This document shows, piece after piece, positions 60,451 through 62,919 of a DNA stretch of 62,919 nucleotides. Numbering within the stretch: position 1 is the stretch's first letter; each line of letters opens with the position of its first letter. The notes below the pieces were generated by a model. The model saw only the letters and a program-made list of their open reading frames with translations, had not been told where the DNA came from and did not search any database. This stretch comes from an uncultured Phenylobacterium sp. (GTDB lineage Bacteria > Pseudomonadota > Alphaproteobacteria > Caulobacterales > Caulobacteraceae), in contig CAYQPL010000001.1 in assembly GCA_964419395.1 (NCBI GenBank), positions 1-62,919 on the forward strand, read 5' to 3'. The position numbers and the translations under genes were made by a program.

Positions 60451-62848
60451 GGCCGCGGCCCTCCGTGTCGCCCCGACGGCGCGCGCGCCTACCGGCGTCC
60501 TGAAGCGCGAGACCGAGCTGGGGAGCAACCTGCCCTACGCGCGGCACGTCTCGGACCATGTCGTCGCGCTGGACAGCCGGGCCTTGATGATCTGCTTCAA
60601 GCTCGATGGCGCGTCCTTTGAGACCGCCGACGTGCGCGACATCAACGACTGGCACGCCAAGCTGAACAACGCCTGGCGCAATCTGGCCGACGAACGCCTG
60701 GCGATCTGGACGCACATCGTGCGCCGTGAGGATCGCGACTATCCCGAGGGAAAGTACCGCTCCGACTTCGCCCGCGGCCTTGACGCCGAGTACCGCAAGC
60801 GGGTCACCGGGACGCGGCTCTTCACCAACGACCTCTACGTCACCCTCGTGCTGCACCCGGGTCGCGACGCGGCCGAACGCGCGGCGGCCTTCTTCAGTCG
60901 CCTGCGGGTCCGCAGCAAGGCGGGCCTCGAGGTGGACGAGGACGCGATCCGCACCCTCGAAGACAAAGGCCGGGACCTGCTTCAATACCTCTCCCGGTAC
61001 GGCGTGCGGCCGCTGGGCCTCTACGAGCACAACGGCCTTTGGTTCTCCGAGCCCACGGAGCTGCTGCACCTGGTCCTCACCGGCCGCCCGCAGCGCATGC
61101 CGCTCGTCCGCGGTCATCTCGGGCACGCGCTCTACACCTGCCGGGTGATCTTCGGCCGCGAGGCGCTGGAGATCCGCGAACCGGGCGAGGAGAAGTTCGC
61201 CGGCATCTTCGGCGTCAAGGAGTACCCGGCCGCCACCCGGCCCGGGCTGTGGGACGGGCTTCTGCGCGCCAAGTACCCGTTCGTTGCGACCCAGTCGTTC
61301 GCCTTCCTGTCGAAGGCCTCGGCGCGCGCGATCATGGAGCGCAAGCAGAACCAGCTCATCAAGGCCAACGACCGCGCGCACTCCCAGGTCGACGGCCTCA
61401 ACGACGCCATAGACGACCTGGTGAGCAACCGCTTCGTCATGGGCGAGCACCAGTTCTCGATGCTGGTCTACGGCGCCAGCACCAAGGAGCTGGCCGACAA
61501 CATGTCGGCCGCGCGCGCCACCCTGGCCGACTCCGGCCTCGTCGTGGCGCGCGAGGACCTGGCGCTGGAGGCGGCCTTCTGGGCCCAGTTTCCCGGCAAC
61601 TTCGCCAAGCGCAGCCGTCCAGCGGCGATCAACTCGCGCAATTTCGCGGCGCTGGCGCCGTTCCACACCTTTCCGTCAGGCCGGTCGAGCGGGAACCATT
61701 GGGGTCCGGCGGTCGCGCTCCTGCGGACCTCGGCCCTCTCGCCGTTCTATTTCAACTTCCACGCCGGCGACCTCGGCCACACCTTCATCTGCGGCCCGTC
61801 TGGGTCGGGTAAGACCGTCGTCCAGAACTTCATGCTCGCCCAGCTCGAGAAGTTCGGCGTGCAGCAGGTCTTCATCGATAAGGACCGCGGCGCCGAGATC
61901 TTCATCCGTGCGTCCGGCGGAGCCTACCTGACGCTGAAGAACGGGGCGCCCACGGGCTTCGCCCCGTTCAAGGCGCTCGAATACAATCCTGCCAACCTCG
62001 TCTTCCTGTCGCAGCTGGTCCGCAAGCTCGTCACCCCGCACGATCGGCCGCTGAGCGTGCAGGAGGAGCGGCTGATCGCCGACGGCATCGCCGCCCTGCA
62101 GCCGATGGAGCCCCGCCACAGGTCGCTGCTCGCGCTGCGCCAGCTCCTAGGCCAGCGCGACGCCGAAGGGATTGGGGCCCGCCTGGAGAAGTGGACCCGC
62201 GCCGGCGCTCTTGGCTGGGTCCTCGACAACGACGCCGACCAGATCACGCTCGATGGGCGCCTGCTCGGCTTCGACATGTCAGATTTCCTCGACAACGCCG
62301 AGGTCCGCACGCCGATCATGATGTACCTCTTCCACCGCCTCGAAGCCCTGGTGGACGGACGTCGGCTCGTCGTCGACATCGACGAGTTCTGGAAGGCGCT
62401 GGGCGACGAGAGCTTCCGCGGTCTCGCCCAGGACGGGCTCAAGACCTATCGGAAGAAGAACGCCTTCATGGTGTTCGGCACGCAAAGCCCGGCCGACGTC
62501 CTGCGCTCCGAGATCTCGCACACGATCCTGGAGCAGTGCCCCACCAAAATCTTCCTGCCGAACCCCTACGGCCAGGCCCGCGACTACGTCGAGGGCGTTG
62601 GCCTCACCCGTGAGGAATTCCGGCTGATCCGGGAGGAGCTTTCCCCGGAGTCGCGGATGTTCCTCGTCAAGCAGGGGCACAACTCCGTGGTCGTCGAGCT
62701 GAATCTGGGCGGCCTCGAAGACGAGTTGGCGGTCCTGTCCGGCCGGGCGGAGACCGTCGAGCTGCTGGACCGCATCCGGGCCCAGCATGGCGATGACCCG
62801 GCCGTTTGGGGGCCGATCTTCCATCAAGAGCGACGGAGAATCCTATGA
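60443..62848 (+). CDS. virB4: VirB4 ATPase
   Basis: FWAQFPGN, YFNFH, Walker A GPSGSGKT, DKDRGAE, DEFWK, TQSP. Confidence 0.95.
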   Translation: MGKAAALRVAPTARAPTGVLKRETELGSNLPYARHVSDHVVALDSRALMICFKLDGASFETADVRDINDWHAKLNNAWRNLADERLAIWTHIVRREDRDYPEGKYRSDFARGLDAEYRKRVTGTRLFTNDLYVTLVLHPGRDAAERAAAFFSRLRVRSKAGLEVDEDAIRTLEDKGRDLLQYLSRYGVRPLGLYEHNGLWFSEPTELLHLVLTGRPQRMPLVRGHLGHALYTCRVIFGREALEIREPGEEKFAGIFGVKEYPAATRPGLWDGLLRAKYPFVATQSFAFLSKASARAIMERKQNQLIKANDRAHSQVDGLNDAIDDLVSNRFVMGEHQFSMLVYGASTKELADNMSAARATLADSGLVVAREDLALEAAFWAQFPGNFAKRSRPAAINSRNFAALAPFHTFPSGRSSGNHWGPAVALLRTSALSPFYFNFHAGDLGHTFICGPSGSGKTVVQNFMLAQLEKFGVQQVFIDKDRGAEIFIRASGGAYLTLKNGAPTGFAPFKALEYNPANLVFLSQLVRKLVTPHDRPLSVQEERLIADGIAALQPMEPRHRSLLALRQLLGQRDAEGIGARLEKWTRAGALGWVLDNDADQITLDGRLLGFDMSDFLDNAEVRTPIMMYLFHRLEALVDGRRLVVDIDEFWKALGDESFRGLAQDGLKTYRKKNAFMVFGTQSPADVLRSEISHTILEQCPTKIFLPNPYGQARDYVEGVGLTREEFRLIREELSPESRMFLVKQGHNSVVVELNLGGLEDELAVLSGRAETVELLDRIRAQHGDDPAVWGPIFHQERRRIL

Positions 62849-62919
62849 GAACCCGACTCCTCGGGGCGGCGGGGGGCCCCCCCACCCATGCCCCCGCCCC
62901 CCCCCCCGGCCGCCCCCAC
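62845..62919 (+). other. Probable start of the next vir gene (virB5 position) degrading into low-complexity G/C runs
   Basis: ATGA overlap with the virB4 stop; MRTRLLGAA then homopolymer C/G tracts at the window end. Confidence 0.35.

Noticed and set aside
62860-62919. Poly-C/G low-complexity tract at the window end
   Set aside because: It interrupts a likely gene start at the end of the sequence; most likely a poor-quality read end rather than a real repeat.

Overview
A very GC-rich alphaproteobacterial region; gene content and promoter motifs suggest Caulobacteraceae such as Phenylobacterium (inference). It is a ~57-kb multi-metal resistance island joined to the start of a VirB-type conjugative T4SS operon (virB1-korA-like-virB2-B3-B4), so it is probably part of a plasmid or ICE. 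Modules from left to right: (1) 1-6650, a Cd/Zn/Pb-type module with a PbrT/FTR1-cytochrome c permease, an HMA-cation transporter, a TPR-methyltransferase, a MAPEG protein and a PaaK-like ligase; (2) 6900-39000, a copper module with copCD, cusCBAF, copG, copZ, copAB, a cnrYXH-like ECF system, two Cu-ATPases, cueR, a Csp3-like protein and accessory genes; (3) an XRE-IrrE plus DUF4411 pair and a serine resolvase; (4) an ars cluster between two res-like sites; (5) chrBCA; (6) czcICBA-nreB-hupE; (7) the T4SS. The most interesting signals are regulatory and readable in the DNA. A TGAGGG(G/C)-N15/16-CGTA(T) promoter occurs 7-8 times and defines a CnrYXH-type ECF regulon aimed at copper genes, stacked in tandem with CueR promoters at three genes. 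Three near-identical MerR-type promoters place uncharacterised enzymes in a heavy-metal regulon. Two exported leader ORFs end in the same RLERPP motif, with 14 identical nucleotides, upstream of both RND operons. Several T>G changes and a low-complexity end suggest imperfect sequence quality.
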